Positions 1 to 13,144 are shown, counted from the first letter of the stretch. The stretch is 64,000 nt of DNA from Bifidobacterium breve (GCA_943329665.2 CALQEU020000009.1:19489-83488), one strand, 5' to 3'. Program-made: numbers and translations. The notes: generated by a model from the letters alone, not told the origin.

Positions 1-55
1 CAATTGGATTTGACATAAATCTTGAGGTATTGAATAGTGATCGTTAAATTTAAAA

Positions 56-1297
56 TTAATTTTCATTAGGCAATACAAAAATTTTATCTTCTGGATCAGC
101 GGTTTTCTCGATGGATTTCTTAGGCGATTTATCAGCAGGCGCCGACTCACTCATTTTCTTCAAATTAATAATGGAATCTCTCAACGCTTCGTTCTCTGCA
201 GCGTAATCATCGGCTCGCAATTTTTCTGCTTTTAATTTTTTTGAAAGTGTAATGACTAAATCCTCTCCGCTATTTGCTTTCACAATATCTTTATACTTCG
301 TTAACTCCTGATTGATTTGAAGCAAGGAATCAATACTTTTTTGTTTCATGGATACCTGTTTTTCCATAGAAGAAAACTTTGCTTCATAGGCTGCTTTTTC
401 TTTTTCTTGCTCTTTCTCACTTCCCTTAAAAGAAGCAATCCTTGAAGTCAATTCTTCATTTTCTGCTTCTAACTTATTCAACTTCGTTTTAAATTCGATG
501 ATGGATTCGGCCAAAGCAATTACATCGCCTTCATTGGTAGATTCTGCAACATCTTCGCGAGACAACCCTTCCACTTTTTCGTTGCTAAATAGGTGGACGA
601 AATCCACCTTACCCAACGTACCTGGACCAATGATGAAACCGATACCGCCAGACTTGTAGGCCAATTCTGTAAAAGTTAATATCAATGTATTGTTCAAGTA
701 TACATCATATTTTTTATCCTTTGTTCTTAGCTCAAGCAAATTGGCTAAATTATTTTCTTTTAACACACTCGATTTTACCCATCCACCTTCTTTTGCAATT
801 CCAGTTAAATACGCGTAGCCCGTCACCGTAATTTGACGTAATCGATATTGTTGAAATTGATTGATCTCAAAAACGAATCCGCCTTTCCCTGCAGGTTGAG
901 CCATAAAAATGAGTCCGATACTTCCATCGGTACTTGCTGATTTTACCAATTTCAAGGAAGTAATTAATCGGTAAGAATTCGACTCTTGATCAAACTCACC
1001 CATCACTGCAAAAGGAGATAGTTTTGATTTTCGTTGGATGATGTATTCGCCCTCTTGAATCAACAATAAATTTTCGGAGTTGGAGAGAAATGGCCATCCT
1101 TTGGCTACGGAATCAAAAGATTCATTGTAGAAGGGATACTCAAAGCGATCGGAAATTTGTGGGACTATTTTAGCGCTGCTCAATTGAGCGATCAAAGTGG
1201 ATGATGGTACCATCAACAGAAGAACCAAATGTAGAAGGCATATCCGTACGACTTTTCTAAGCATGCCCAAAGGTACAATATGAAGCAATAAACCCAT
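56..1297 (-). CDS. Secreted hypothetical protein with an N-terminal beta-rich globular domain and a C-terminal Glu/Lys-rich coiled coil
   Basis: 413-aa ORF. An internal ATG at 1264 gives a signal-like N-terminus (MLRKVVRICLLHLVLLLMVPSSTLIAQ). The C-terminal ~170 aa are heptad-like and E/K/L-rich (KLNKLEAENEELTSRIASF...). No family recognised. Confidence 0.7.
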   Translation of the reverse strand: MGLLLHIVPLGMLRKVVRICLLHLVLLLMVPSSTLIAQLSSAKIVPQISDRFEYPFYNESFDSVAKGWPFLSNSENLLLIQEGEYIIQRKSKLSPFAVMGEFDQESNSYRLITSLKLVKSASTDGSIGLIFMAQPAGKGGFVFEINQFQQYRLRQITVTGYAYLTGIAKEGGWVKSSVLKENNLANLLELRTKDKKYDVYLNNTLILTFTELAYKSGGIGFIIGPGTLGKVDFVHLFSNEKVEGLSREDVAESTNEGDVIALAESIIEFKTKLNKLEAENEELTSRIASFKGSEKEQEKEKAAYEAKFSSMEKQVSMKQKSIDSLLQINQELTKYKDIVKANSGEDLVITLSKKLKAEKLRADDYAAENEALRDSIINLKKMSESAPADKSPKKSIEKTADPEDKIFVLPNEN

Positions 1298-1321
1298 ATT
1301 TTGATGGACGAATATTTGAGC

Positions 1322-1361
1322 AAAAAAAACCAGACTTGCTCCATCATGGAATAAGTCCGGT
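1322..1361 (-). terminator. Rho-independent terminator candidate downstream of the 1379..3730 gene
   Basis: Imperfect hairpin ACCAGACTT (1329-1337) / AAGTCCGGT (1353-1361). On the minus strand it is followed by a T run (plus-strand A run at 1322-1329). Confidence 0.5.
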
Positions 1362-1378
1362 TTAAATCTTCTATTTTT

Positions 1379-3730
1379 TTAATTCGACTTAATAAGCTTT
1401 TTCGTGCTCACCAATGCTCCATCTTTATATAAACCAATGATGTAAAGCCCCGGCACTTTTATTTTAGAACCATAAAGATGGCCATCATTTTGAACAATTT
1501 CCTCAGAACTGATCAATCGCCCCATACAATCATAAATAGTTAAATACATCGATTCACCTTTCGAATTCCCATTCAGATTTAACTGAAACGTTCCATTTCC
1601 TGGATTTGGGTAGATGGAAAACGCTTCTGATTTTGAGTTTTCATTCACCCCTGTAAATCCTTCTGTAACAGAAAATGCATCAAAACCACCTTCCAAGAAA
1701 TTTCCAGAACTAGCTTTGTCTTCAATAAATACTTTAAGTTGCATATTTGGTCCAGGTGTCATGAAATTAGATACTTTAATAAATTGATTTACCCATGTAC
1801 CAATTCCAGGAGTGGTATGCGATACAGCCTCTAGCGTTACCGTATTAACGCCATTCGTTAAACGAATAAATAAAGTATCACGATTCGCTAGCGGTACATT
1901 AGACGGACTTGAAAACCATCTTGCATAATTAATATAAGGATCTACATACGTTGTTAAATCAAAAACAGGAGAAGTAATTTCAGAAAAACCATTATCTAAA
2001 TTATGTGCACTAGCAGAACCTCCTAATAATCCAGTGACGAATGCAAAATCACCACAATCACTATTTACATCTAATTCAGGATTCAACGCTAAAGGTCCAA
2101 AGACTGTTCCCTCAGGATCGCCGCGTTCAAAAACACCATTGGTAGCTGTAGAATTGATAGTCCATCCTAAATCGGTTACAAAATCATCATAATAACCTTC
2201 TTGCAATGAAATTGAAAATGGAATAGATCCATCTAAAAAAACAGTTTGACAGAAACTAACAAAACCCCAATGCGTAGCCGTTATATCAATGTTGCCTGAT
2301 GATAAATTATTAAATGAAAAATTACCAGAGCCATCTGCAATAGCCGTTGCTGCGTTAATTCCGTCTGAAGCATAAATTGAAGCACCTGCAATGCCAACAG
2401 TTGTTGTAGCATTATTCACATTTCCTTGTATAACAAATGGTGTCATCAACGTATTGATGGTGGTTAATTGACCATTCACTAAACCAACACCAGGAAAAAA
2501 TTTAGAAACATAACCTGCCTTTTTAAATTCAATATCATAAGTGCCAGCTGTTACTAATCCAGTTTTGTATTCGCCCAACAAATTAGTGGTTGCGCTTTTG
2601 GTAGATGGGTTAATTAGTATGGTAACATTATTCAATGGAAGACCAGTAAGACTATCTGCTACGGTTCCTTCCAAATAACATGCTCTTTGGTAGTTGGGCT
2701 CAAAAACATATACACCTCCATCTACATCAGCCACAATAATTCGACCGCTCGGTAAATAGGGGGAAGCATCCCAACATAAAAATGAACCTGTTGGATAGCT
2801 TGCAATTTCAACAATGTTATTGGGACGTGCACCATCGCAAATAGTAAGTTGACTTCCATAGGATGGGTTGATTAAGTAATCATTCAACACTCTTACATTA
2901 TGTACTTCCTCGTTTGGCATACTATCGGTAAGATACGTATCTACTAATTTTATATTCGAAAGATTTGTTACATCAAATGAACCTAATGGTTGTCCATTTA
3001 CTTCATCCGTAGTAAATAAAAATTGGGAGTTGTCGGTTAACCATGTATTATGACAAAATTGGCCAGGAGTAGTTTGTGTAGCTAGTAAAACGGGATTCGC
3101 TTTATTGGAAACATCGATCACACTAAATTGTCCCGCATAAATTTCACCAGCCCACAACGTATCGCTACGAATATAACCGTCATGTATGTACTCTAAATTA
3201 TATTGTCCAACATAAGTTGGATTCCATGGATCAGCTAAATCCAAGATAATTACACCCCCATTTGCCAAACCATTTCCAGTTCCAAAAACATAAGCATAAC
3301 CATCCGTGACGGCAAGAGTATGTGCCGAAGTAATTTGATTAGCAATTAATCCATCTCCATAATAATGTTTTGAATTGACAGCACCTGGAAGGTTACTTAA
3401 ATCGATGATAGTTACACCACCACCACCTTCACTTACAGCATAAGCATATTTACCATATGTTTTAATTTCTCTCCAAAGGGAAGATTGACCTTGCAATGCA
3501 GGAACAGAAAACACTTCCGATAATGTTGCTGGAGTTGTTACATCCACAATGGCAACACGATCATCTACACCCACCAATGCATATTCGTTTCCTATAGAAT
3601 CTACATAATGCCAAATCCCTGCACATGTATTATTAGGGTAGGGAAGGTGACCTAATAAATTAAGATTGAATTGTGCTTGGGAAGCAATGCTTAACACTAA
3701 AAAAGCAAATAACAGTTGAATTTTTTTCAT
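1379..3730 (-). CDS. T9SS-sorted secreted protein (LVIVD / choice-of-anchor-B-like N-terminal repeats, carboxypeptidase-regulatory-like beta-sandwich, C-terminal sorting domain)
   Basis: 783-aa ORF starting at an ATG with a signal peptide (MKKIQLLFAFLVLSIASQAQ). The C-terminal ~80 aa (FSIYPNPGNGTFQLNL...GLYIIGLYKDGALVSTKKLIKSN) match the type-A T9SS CTD pattern. The family of the N-terminal part is assigned from memory only. Confidence 0.8.
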   Translation of the reverse strand: MKKIQLLFAFLVLSIASQAQFNLNLLGHLPYPNNTCAGIWHYVDSIGNEYALVGVDDRVAIVDVTTPATLSEVFSVPALQGQSSLWREIKTYGKYAYAVSEGGGGVTIIDLSNLPGAVNSKHYYGDGLIANQITSAHTLAVTDGYAYVFGTGNGLANGGVIILDLADPWNPTYVGQYNLEYIHDGYIRSDTLWAGEIYAGQFSVIDVSNKANPVLLATQTTPGQFCHNTWLTDNSQFLFTTDEVNGQPLGSFDVTNLSNIKLVDTYLTDSMPNEEVHNVRVLNDYLINPSYGSQLTICDGARPNNIVEIASYPTGSFLCWDASPYLPSGRIIVADVDGGVYVFEPNYQRACYLEGTVADSLTGLPLNNVTILINPSTKSATTNLLGEYKTGLVTAGTYDIEFKKAGYVSKFFPGVGLVNGQLTTINTLMTPFVIQGNVNNATTTVGIAGASIYASDGINAATAIADGSGNFSFNNLSSGNIDITATHWGFVSFCQTVFLDGSIPFSISLQEGYYDDFVTDLGWTINSTATNGVFERGDPEGTVFGPLALNPELDVNSDCGDFAFVTGLLGGSASAHNLDNGFSEITSPVFDLTTYVDPYINYARWFSSPSNVPLANRDTLFIRLTNGVNTVTLEAVSHTTPGIGTWVNQFIKVSNFMTPGPNMQLKVFIEDKASSGNFLEGGFDAFSVTEGFTGVNENSKSEAFSIYPNPGNGTFQLNLNGNSKGESMYLTIYDCMGRLISSEEIVQNDGHLYGSKIKVPGLYIIGLYKDGALVSTKKLIKSN

Positions 3731-3884
3731 AACAGATGTATTAAATTATTTTGGTGTTCAAACTTAAGGAAATAGATGGTGGTTCGCGGAATAAAATGTA
3801 CACGATTTTACTAAAACGTCAAACTTTAACGCTAAATTGACATTTCACTGATTCGACACGATCAAAAAAGAGGAAGAAAATAAA

Positions 3885-4775
3885 TTATTTATTGGATTTA
3901 ACGAACGAAATTATTTTTTGAGCTAATCCATTGGAGACTTTCACAACGGGCAAACGTACATGATCATCCATTATACCCAATTGCTTTAGTGCACATTTAA
4001 TTCCAGATGGACTTCCTTCCGCAAAAAGCATTGGAACCAGCGGCAAATATTTATAATGCAAGTTGGCGGCTTTTTTATTATCAGATTGTAAAGCGAGGCG
4101 AACCATGGTACTAAAATCCTTTGGATACCCATTGGCAAGTACAGAGATCACACCATTAGCTCCTGCAGCAATCAATGGCATCGTGATACCATCATCCCCA
4201 GAAATCACTAAAAAATCTTTTGGCTTTGAGCGAATAATTTCCATGATTTGCTCCATATTTCCGCTAGCTTCTTTTACACCAATAATCTTAGGTTGACTAT
4301 GCGCTAATGCCAATGTTGTTTCAGCGGTCATATTAGCCCCTGTTCGACCTGGAACATTGTAAAGAATGATCGGCAATGGGGATACTTGAGCCATCAACGT
4401 ATAGTGTGCTAAGATTCCCACCTGCGAAGGCTTATTATAATAGGGAGAAACCGAAAGCAATGCTGTAATGCCAGCAAAATCATTTTTCTCCAATTTCCAC
4501 AAAATATCCTGAGTATTATTTCCACCTAGCCCCATTACAATGGGGAGCTTACCTTCATTCGATTGGATTACACAATCTACTACGGCATTCTTCTCATCAT
4601 CACTTAGCGTTACGCTTTCACCAGTGGTACCTAAAGGAACTAAATACTCACATTTACCCTTGATGATATGCTTCACCAGTTTCTTCAACCCATTAAAATC
4701 AATTTGCCCATTATTTTTAAATGGAGTAACTAAAGCAACACCGGTTCCGGTTAATAATTTAGAGTATTTACTCAT
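3885..4775 (-). CDS. dapA: 4-hydroxy-tetrahydrodipicolinate synthase
   Basis: 296 aa. Typical DapA N-terminus (GTGVALVTPF...VPLGTTGES) and a catalytic-Lys region (IIGVKEASGN). ATG confirmed at 4773-4775. Confidence 0.93.
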   Translation of the reverse strand: MSKYSKLLTGTGVALVTPFKNNGQIDFNGLKKLVKHIIKGKCEYLVPLGTTGESVTLSDDEKNAVVDCVIQSNEGKLPIVMGLGGNNTQDILWKLEKNDFAGITALLSVSPYYNKPSQVGILAHYTLMAQVSPLPIILYNVPGRTGANMTAETTLALAHSQPKIIGVKEASGNMEQIMEIIRSKPKDFLVISGDDGITMPLIAAGANGVISVLANGYPKDFSTMVRLALQSDNKKAANLHYKYLPLVPMLFAEGSPSGIKCALKQLGIMDDHVRLPVVKVSNGLAQKIISFVKSNK

Positions 4776-5313
4776 GACGTAATGAATTTAAATAATGAAT
4801 TACTTGATTTAAAAATTGTGGAAAGGTTGTTTCATCAGAAACACTTACCATAAAATCATAAAAAGGAGTGAAGAGACGATTATACTTTCCAATTTTAAAC
4901 TTCGCTTTTGAGCTGGCAAGAATATAGCGGAAAGGCACACTATTATGCAAATGCAAATCAATCAAAATATCAAAATCACGCTGCACAAAATTTTTTACAA
5001 TGGGCGTGATGGGTTTATGATACCAGTTAAGGTCCTTCAGTGTAAAGAAGTCGAGTCCTAACTTAGCGAATCGCATGGGTGGTAATTCTTTTTGATTATA
5101 AAATCCCAAAGCGACCACTTCTTTATGATGTACTTCACGAATTTCTTTGACGTATTTTTTTACCAATTCAAAGTGCTTTTCAGTGGTGGAATCGTACAAA
5201 ATACCGATCGATTTGGCTTTTTCAAAAGTAACATAGCCCGGTTTAGTAGCTTGTTTACCAAATTCCTTTAAGAAAAGATAGCGACCTATTTTATGGCGAA
5301 ATGTTTTCTTCAT
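4768..5313 (-). CDS. Conserved hypothetical protein (Bacteroidota-type, lies between ligA and dapA)
   Basis: 181-aa ORF. It overlaps the dapA start by 8 nt, which suggests an operon. No motif recognised. Confidence 0.7.
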   Translation of the reverse strand: MKKTFRHKIGRYLFLKEFGKQATKPGYVTFEKAKSIGILYDSTTEKHFELVKKYVKEIREVHHKEVVALGFYNQKELPPMRFAKLGLDFFTLKDLNWYHKPITPIVKNFVQRDFDILIDLHLHNSVPFRYILASSKAKFKIGKYNRLFTPFYDFMVSVSDETTFPQFLNQVIHYLNSLRHE

Positions 5314-5354
5314 GAAAGGTTAGTATATTAATATATCGTTCAAAAATAGTTAAT

Positions 5355-7430
<2,076 letters not shown>

Positions 7431-7516
7431 TCATTATCAAATATTTACACCAAAATTTGCATGTTTAAACACTTATTTCGTATACTTACACCTCTAAACC
7501 ACGCTAAAATCCAACT

Positions 7517-8368
7517 ATGAAAAAAACACTTACTCTTTGTTCCATCACAGCATTAGTCATCCTGTTATTAGTTCAAACCAGCGGAAATGATGCCCATAGT
7601 AACAATGCTGGAGCACCGGCAGGTCGAACAGGATCACCAACGGATGGTGTTACATGTGCGACATCCAATTGTCACGCTGGAAATGCATCCGTTTCTCCAA
7701 CGCAAATTATTTCATCCAATGTTCCAGTGACTGGATATATTGTAGGGCAAACATACACGATTACCGCAGCATGTGCTCAAACAGGAATAAATAAATACGG
7801 ATTTCAAATTTCACCGCAAGCCTCCAATGGTGCATTAGTAGGGCAATTAATTATCACCAATGTAACTACTACTAAAATTGTAAGTACGAAATACGTTACT
7901 CATACCGCATCTGGTACTGCAGGTACTGGTGGAAAAACCTGGTCATTTAACTGGGTAGCTCCGGTAGCTGGAACTGGAAATGTAACCTTTTATGGCGCCT
8001 TTAACTTCGCTAACAACAGTGGTACATCAAGTGGAGATATTATTCGCACAAACACTTTAGTAATTTCAGAAGATCAAACTACGGCTGGAATTGCTCCTGT
8101 GAATGGAGATAAATTAGCTGCTATTTTATATCCTAACCCCATTCAAAGCGATGCTACTTTAAGAATTAATTTGGAGTCACAGGAAATGGTAATTGCTAAA
8201 ATTCTTTCCTTAAACGGACAATTGATTGCTGAACCGATGGAATTTTTTGGTACACCTGGAATCAATGAGTTTGCGTTTCAAGTTCCGAGTAATTTAACAA
8301 CAGGCACCTATAAATTAATGGTAACTGCAGGTAATGCAGCAAGCGTAAAAACTTTCTTTAAGAAATAA
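7517..8368 (+). CDS. T9SS-sorted secreted protein with a conserved N-terminal Cys/His motif
   Basis: 283 aa with a signal peptide. Contains the motif NNAGAPAGRTGSPTDGVTCATSNCHAG. C-terminal T9SS CTD (AAILYPNPIQSDATLRINL...YKLMVTAGNAASVKTFFKK). Confidence 0.8.
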   Translation: MKKTLTLCSITALVILLLVQTSGNDAHSNNAGAPAGRTGSPTDGVTCATSNCHAGNASVSPTQIISSNVPVTGYIVGQTYTITAACAQTGINKYGFQISPQASNGALVGQLIITNVTTTKIVSTKYVTHTASGTAGTGGKTWSFNWVAPVAGTGNVTFYGAFNFANNSGTSSGDIIRTNTLVISEDQTTAGIAPVNGDKLAAILYPNPIQSDATLRINLESQEMVIAKILSLNGQLIAEPMEFFGTPGINEFAFQVPSNLTTGTYKLMVTAGNAASVKTFFKK

Positions 8369-8385
8369 TATACATTGAATAAACT

Positions 8386-8418
8386 AAAAAAGGGCAGATC
8401 ATTTTCTGCCCTTTTTTA
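8386..8418. terminator. Bidirectional rho-independent terminator between convergent genes
   Basis: GGGCAGA (8392-8398), loop TCATTT, TCTGCCC (8405-8411). An A run lies upstream and a T run downstream. Confidence 0.65.
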
Positions 8419-8444
8419 GTTTAAAATTATACATGCAATTGGCC

Positions 8445-10388
8445 TTACTCTAATCGAGTAAAATCATAGGACCCTGGAGGTGTAACAATCAACGGCACTT
8501 TTTCTACCAGTACAGCACTCGAATCGAGTCCAAATGCTCTTTCTTCATTCATGCTTAAATTTTTAATCACGAAATACAGATTCAAAATCATTTTTGTGTA
8601 GAAATTCAACGTATTTTCATAGGATAGATATTTTTCCATTACGATGAATCGGAAGTCACCTGCAATATGCAAATCTCGTAGTGGAATATAATTACTGGTG
8701 ATAGTGAGTTCACCATTTTGCACCATTTCTTGTACCACCTGACGGAACATCAAATTAATATGGGGTTCTACACGGAATCCAATTTTAAAACGGACATGCA
8801 TAATTTTATCTTTCACCAGTTGTGTTACTCGATAATCAACAGTATAAGGTTCATCAATTACATCCACATGAACTAACCAATATAAATCGGCGCGTTTGGG
8901 TTGCTTTTGTAAAATGGAATAAATGATTTTATTCTCAACTTCGGTTTCCTGATAAGCAGAAGTCAAATAAATTAAATGTGTAGCGTACTTGGGAATCGTG
9001 GTGTCTTTGGATACGTCACAAATCACATCTGCATATTTTGCTAACGGAACAAATTCCACCAATTTATTTTTAATTTTTCGTGCTTCGTACCATACCCACA
9101 TCATTAAAAAGATGAGCGATGCAATGATCAAGGTTACATAACCACCTTGAGAAAATTTGCTAAGGTTGGCTATTAAAAATGAAACTTCCACTACAGAAAG
9201 AATAGTGATTACTGAATAAATAAAAAATTTAGGATACTTTTTCAGATACAGATAGTAATTTAACAAGATAGTAGTCATCATCATCGTCAAAATAATGGCT
9301 AAACCATAGGCTGCTTCCATATTCGATGATTTCTGGAAAAAAAGCACAATTCCAATACAGGCTGCACACAGCAACCAGTTGATGGAAGGGATATAAATTT
9401 GTCCTCTGAAGTCAGTAGGATACTCTACTCTTCCTTTCGGTAAGAAATTCAATCGCATGCCTTCATTTACCACAGTAAACGTTCCAGAAATTAAAGCCTG
9501 ACTGGCAACAATAGCAGCGGAAGTAGCTATGATAATTCCGGCAAACAAAAACCACTCGGGCATTAAAGCAAAGAATGGTTTTGCACCATTCAATGTGTTT
9601 CCTGTATGATTTAAAAGCCAAGCTCCTTGCCCAAAATAATTAGCAAGCAACGCAATTTTAACCATGCCCCAGCTTACACGAATATTTTTCCTACCACAAT
9701 GTCCAAGATCAGAGTACAAAGCTTCGGCTCCTGTAGTGCAAAGGAAAACAGCTCCTAAAATCCAAAATCCTTCCTTGTAATACATCAGCAAATGAAAAGC
9801 ATAGTAGGGATTTATCGCTTTAAAAACGATGGGATTCCAATAAATTTCATTGACACCAAGAATAAATAACATACTAAACCAAACTAACATGACGGGTCCA
9901 AAAAATCGACCGACGAACTTGGTACCAAACTGCTGAATAAAAAACAAGGCGAATAATATACCGATGATTATGGGTACAGTATGTATATCAGGATTAATCA
10001 TGGTGAGACCTTCAACAGCAGATGCAACTGAAATAGGAGGGGTGATAATACCATCTGCAAGCAATGCTGCGCCACCAATCATGGCTGGAACAACCAACCA
10101 CTTAAAGTGCATCTTACGAACCAATGCATACAAAGAAAAAATTCCACCTTCGCCTTTATTATCGGCGCGTAAGGTGAGCGTGATGTATTTAAATGTAGTA
10201 AGTATCGTTAAGGTCCAAAAAACACAAGACAATCCACCTAATACTAAGTCTTCATCAATGGCATGATCACCAATGATTGCACTCATAACATAAAGCGGAG
10301 ATGTGCCAATCTCTCCATAAATAATTCCTAAAGTAACAAGTATTCCAGCTGCAGTTACTTTCTTATGATCAATTTGTCCGGTAGCCAT
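8445..10388 (-). CDS. kup: KUP/HAK/KT family potassium transporter
   Basis: 647 aa. N-terminal signature GIIYGEIGTSPLYV, about 12 TM segments, and a cytoplasmic C-terminal domain. Confidence 0.93.
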   Translation of the reverse strand: MATGQIDHKKVTAAGILVTLGIIYGEIGTSPLYVMSAIIGDHAIDEDLVLGGLSCVFWTLTILTTFKYITLTLRADNKGEGGIFSLYALVRKMHFKWLVVPAMIGGAALLADGIITPPISVASAVEGLTMINPDIHTVPIIIGILFALFFIQQFGTKFVGRFFGPVMLVWFSMLFILGVNEIYWNPIVFKAINPYYAFHLLMYYKEGFWILGAVFLCTTGAEALYSDLGHCGRKNIRVSWGMVKIALLANYFGQGAWLLNHTGNTLNGAKPFFALMPEWFLFAGIIIATSAAIVASQALISGTFTVVNEGMRLNFLPKGRVEYPTDFRGQIYIPSINWLLCAACIGIVLFFQKSSNMEAAYGLAIILTMMMTTILLNYYLYLKKYPKFFIYSVITILSVVEVSFLIANLSKFSQGGYVTLIIASLIFLMMWVWYEARKIKNKLVEFVPLAKYADVICDVSKDTTIPKYATHLIYLTSAYQETEVENKIIYSILQKQPKRADLYWLVHVDVIDEPYTVDYRVTQLVKDKIMHVRFKIGFRVEPHINLMFRQVVQEMVQNGELTITSNYIPLRDLHIAGDFRFIVMEKYLSYENTLNFYTKMILNLYFVIKNLSMNEERAFGLDSSAVLVEKVPLIVTPPGSYDFTRLE

Positions 10389-10424
10389 TGCTTGATAATC
10401 TTATCGAAAATATATCGCAAGAAA

Positions 10425-11669
10425 TTACGATTCAGTAGTAGATACTTTTTTACGAGTTGCTTTTTTAACAGGCTTTACATCTTGCAATGCTTCTTCCAAT
10501 GTGGTTTCAAAATCGGCAAGAACATTCATGAAATAAATATATGCATCATAGGGTGAATCATACGGACTAAAATATTTATGTACATCACCATCGCTCCAAA
10601 ATTTAGTACACATATAATAGAAATGATCACTCGTTTGCAGCTTGCCCCAGAACTCGATGAGATCTGGATTCATAGTGCTGAACACTTTTTCCTCCAACTT
10701 ATAAATTCTGCTAGCAGCTTCCTTTTCCATAGCATTACTCAACCAAGCACTCAAGTCACGTTCTGCGTCGGCCCAACTGGAATAATCGGGTACATCATAA
10801 ATATCACGCACCTTAGCCATATCAGCTGCTTCAGAAAGTGTTTTGAAATCAAAGTCTTTATGTTTCATAATTTCCATAGGGAGATGATCAAGAAACTCAA
10901 AAATTCCTGTCTCTTCCCATTGGTGCTCTCCAAACGTTTCATAATCCATGAACAAATTAACGACTTCACCATTTCCAGCCACTTTATGCACCCATGAAGC
11001 AAAGGTATCGGCTTGTAAAGGCCATTCCGCCCAATTGCGATCGCTAAATCGGAAAGCAATATCATCGGAAAGTCGATAATTTTTCAAGAACGCTTTTATT
11101 TTCAAAGTACCTGCGGGTTGATATAAGAAATTAGGAGTGCGTTCTCCTAAATAGCGATCTACGCCTTCACAAAGGATGGCTTTGTATCCCATCTTTTCTA
11201 CTACAGATGCAATTTCATTATTGTAGATGAGCTCTGTATTTCTAAAGACTTTAGGAACTTGATTAAAATGCTGTTTAATTTTTGCCTTATGCATTTCTAC
11301 TTGTCGGCGAAACTCATTCTTTGAATAAATAAAGCTCAACGAATGATAATAGGTCTCAGATATAAATTCAACACATCCTGTGTTCGCTAAATCGACAAAC
11401 GACTGCAATACATCGGGGCGATGTTTTTCGAATTGCTCAATGGCAACACCACTGATGGAATAAGAAATTCTAAATTTCCCTTTGTGTCGATTAATCAACT
11501 CAAGCATTTTTCGATTGGTTTTCAGATAGCATTTTTCTGAAACTTTATCGAGGATCAATCTATTTTTTTCATCATCCTCATAAAAATGATCACGTCCGAT
11601 ATCGAAAAAGGAATATCTTTTTAATCGGAAGGGCTGATGAACCTGGAAGTAGAAGCAAACTGATGGCAT
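10425..11669 (-). CDS. Glycoside hydrolase family 57 (alpha-amylase / branching-enzyme-like)
   Basis: N-terminus FYFQVHQPFRLKRY... and DYETFGEHQW are GH57-like. The ORF-track start at 11687 is a TTG; the ATG at 11667-11669 is preferred. Confidence 0.85.
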   Translation of the reverse strand: MPSVCFYFQVHQPFRLKRYSFFDIGRDHFYEDDEKNRLILDKVSEKCYLKTNRKMLELINRHKGKFRISYSISGVAIEQFEKHRPDVLQSFVDLANTGCVEFISETYYHSLSFIYSKNEFRRQVEMHKAKIKQHFNQVPKVFRNTELIYNNEIASVVEKMGYKAILCEGVDRYLGERTPNFLYQPAGTLKIKAFLKNYRLSDDIAFRFSDRNWAEWPLQADTFASWVHKVAGNGEVVNLFMDYETFGEHQWEETGIFEFLDHLPMEIMKHKDFDFKTLSEAADMAKVRDIYDVPDYSSWADAERDLSAWLSNAMEKEAASRIYKLEEKVFSTMNPDLIEFWGKLQTSDHFYYMCTKFWSDGDVHKYFSPYDSPYDAYIYFMNVLADFETTLEEALQDVKPVKKATRKKVSTTES

Positions 11670-11770
11670 AGCACTAATCTTTATCAATTACGAAGATACA
11701 TTTTCATTCTAAAAAAAACACCTTTTTCAAAAGAGGTTATTCACATTGTAAAAGGGGGAAATACTACTAC

Positions 11771-13144
11771 TTAAACCATTTCTGGAATTAAATGAAAGGC
11801 GTTGTACCCTTCAATCACCTTTTTTGCAGCATGATCCCAAGAGATAATCTCGAGATCCTTATAAGCATCATGAGTCACATTTTCAACAAGTACTGGATCG
11901 TGTAATAAATTTAAGATATAAGAAGCCGCGAGATTGATATCCCAATAATCAAACTTCAATGCACCGTTTAACACTTCAGCCACGCCTGATTGTTTACTGA
12001 TCACAGCAGGAATACCAAACTGAACTGCTTCCACGGCTGATAATCCAAAGGGCTCGGAAACCGATGGCATGATATACACATCAGCAATACTTAATAACTT
12101 TCTCACTTTATCTAAATTCAAGAATCCAGTCAGGTGAAAACGATGTGCGATGCCTCGTTGAGCTGCACGTTCGAGTAAGGGATTGAAATATTCACCAGTA
12201 CCTGCCATGACAAAACGAACGTTTTGATCCTTTTGCAAAACTCTTTCGGCAATATCTACAAAATATTCAGGTCCTTTTTGACGAGTCAATCGACCTACAA
12301 ACAACACCATTTTCTCTTTAAACATGGGAACACTTTTGAATGGCTCCACTGGTCGAATTCCATTATGTACAGGTCTTATTTTACCCCAAGGAATCTGATA
12401 ATAATCGTGAATAATATGACCAGTAAAATTACTCACCGGCATCAATAAATCGGCGTACTCCATTCCCTTCTTTTCAACCTGATACACCCAACCTTTACTT
12501 TGCGGACCCCCACGATCAACTTCTAGTGAATGCACATGTACCACGAGCGGCTTTCCTGTCTTTGCCTTTATTTCCATACCTGCAATCATGGTCATCCAAT
12601 CGTGCGCATGTATCACATCAAAATCCAGTGACAACGCTAACTTCGCTGCCAACTTTCCGAACACAGTAACTTTTTCAATAACATCACCACCGTAGAGATC
12701 ATCAATCTGGAATACTTCTGCCGTTTCATCACCCACTTTAACAGTCTTTAAATACTGACTTGTCAAATTTTTTAGATCATGGTGCGGAGAGGCGCTACCG
12801 TTATAGTACGGATTCAAATGGGTATCGATAAAATGAACTTGCTTTACTTTTTTATACGTATCCGTATGTCCGATATTTCTCAATGTTTTTGCATCGATGG
12901 TATTCAAGCCAATCAAATTTAAATTCTTCACCACAAAGTCGGGATTCGACTTAGGAATGATCATAGTCACGTTTGCATATTTAGAAAGGGCAATGCAAAG
13001 GTCGTGACAAGCCACCCCAAGTCCGCCATTTATAACAGGTGGAAATTCCCACCCCAGCATAAGGATCTTAGGCAAATCTGCTTTAGATGTGAGCTCGTCG
13101 AGGATAGGAGGGGTCGTCATAAAAATGGGTTCGGAATCTGACAA
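11771..13144 (-). CDS. GT4/GT5-type glycosyltransferase, alpha-glucan (glycogen) synthase-like
   Basis: Contains GGLGVACHDL near the N-terminus and EPFGLSAVEA in the C-terminal Rossmann domain. It lies next to the GH57 gene. The start is ambiguous: TTG at 13144 or ATG at 13120. Confidence 0.8.
   Translation of the reverse strand: MSDSEPIFMTTPPILDELTSKADLPKILMLGWEFPPVINGGLGVACHDLCIALSKYANVTMIIPKSNPDFVVKNLNLIGLNTIDAKTLRNIGHTDTYKKVKQVHFIDTHLNPYYNGSASPHHDLKNLTSQYLKTVKVGDETAEVFQIDDLYGGDVIEKVTVFGKLAAKLALSLDFDVIHAHDWMTMIAGMEIKAKTGKPLVVHVHSLEVDRGGPQSKGWVYQVEKKGMEYADLLMPVSNFTGHIIHDYYQIPWGKIRPVHNGIRPVEPFKSVPMFKEKMVLFVGRLTRQKGPEYFVDIAERVLQKDQNVRFVMAGTGEYFNPLLERAAQRGIAHRFHLTGFLNLDKVRKLLSIADVYIMPSVSEPFGLSAVEAVQFGIPAVISKQSGVAEVLNGALKFDYWDINLAASYILNLLHDPVLVENVTHDAYKDLEIISWDHAAKKVIEGYNAFHLIPEMV

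Noticed and set aside
10389-10424. Looked for a c-di-AMP (ydaO/kimA-type) riboswitch upstream of kup
   Set aside because: Only 36 nt separate kup from the upstream gene's stop codon. That leaves no room for a riboswitch, and none of the conserved motifs are visible.
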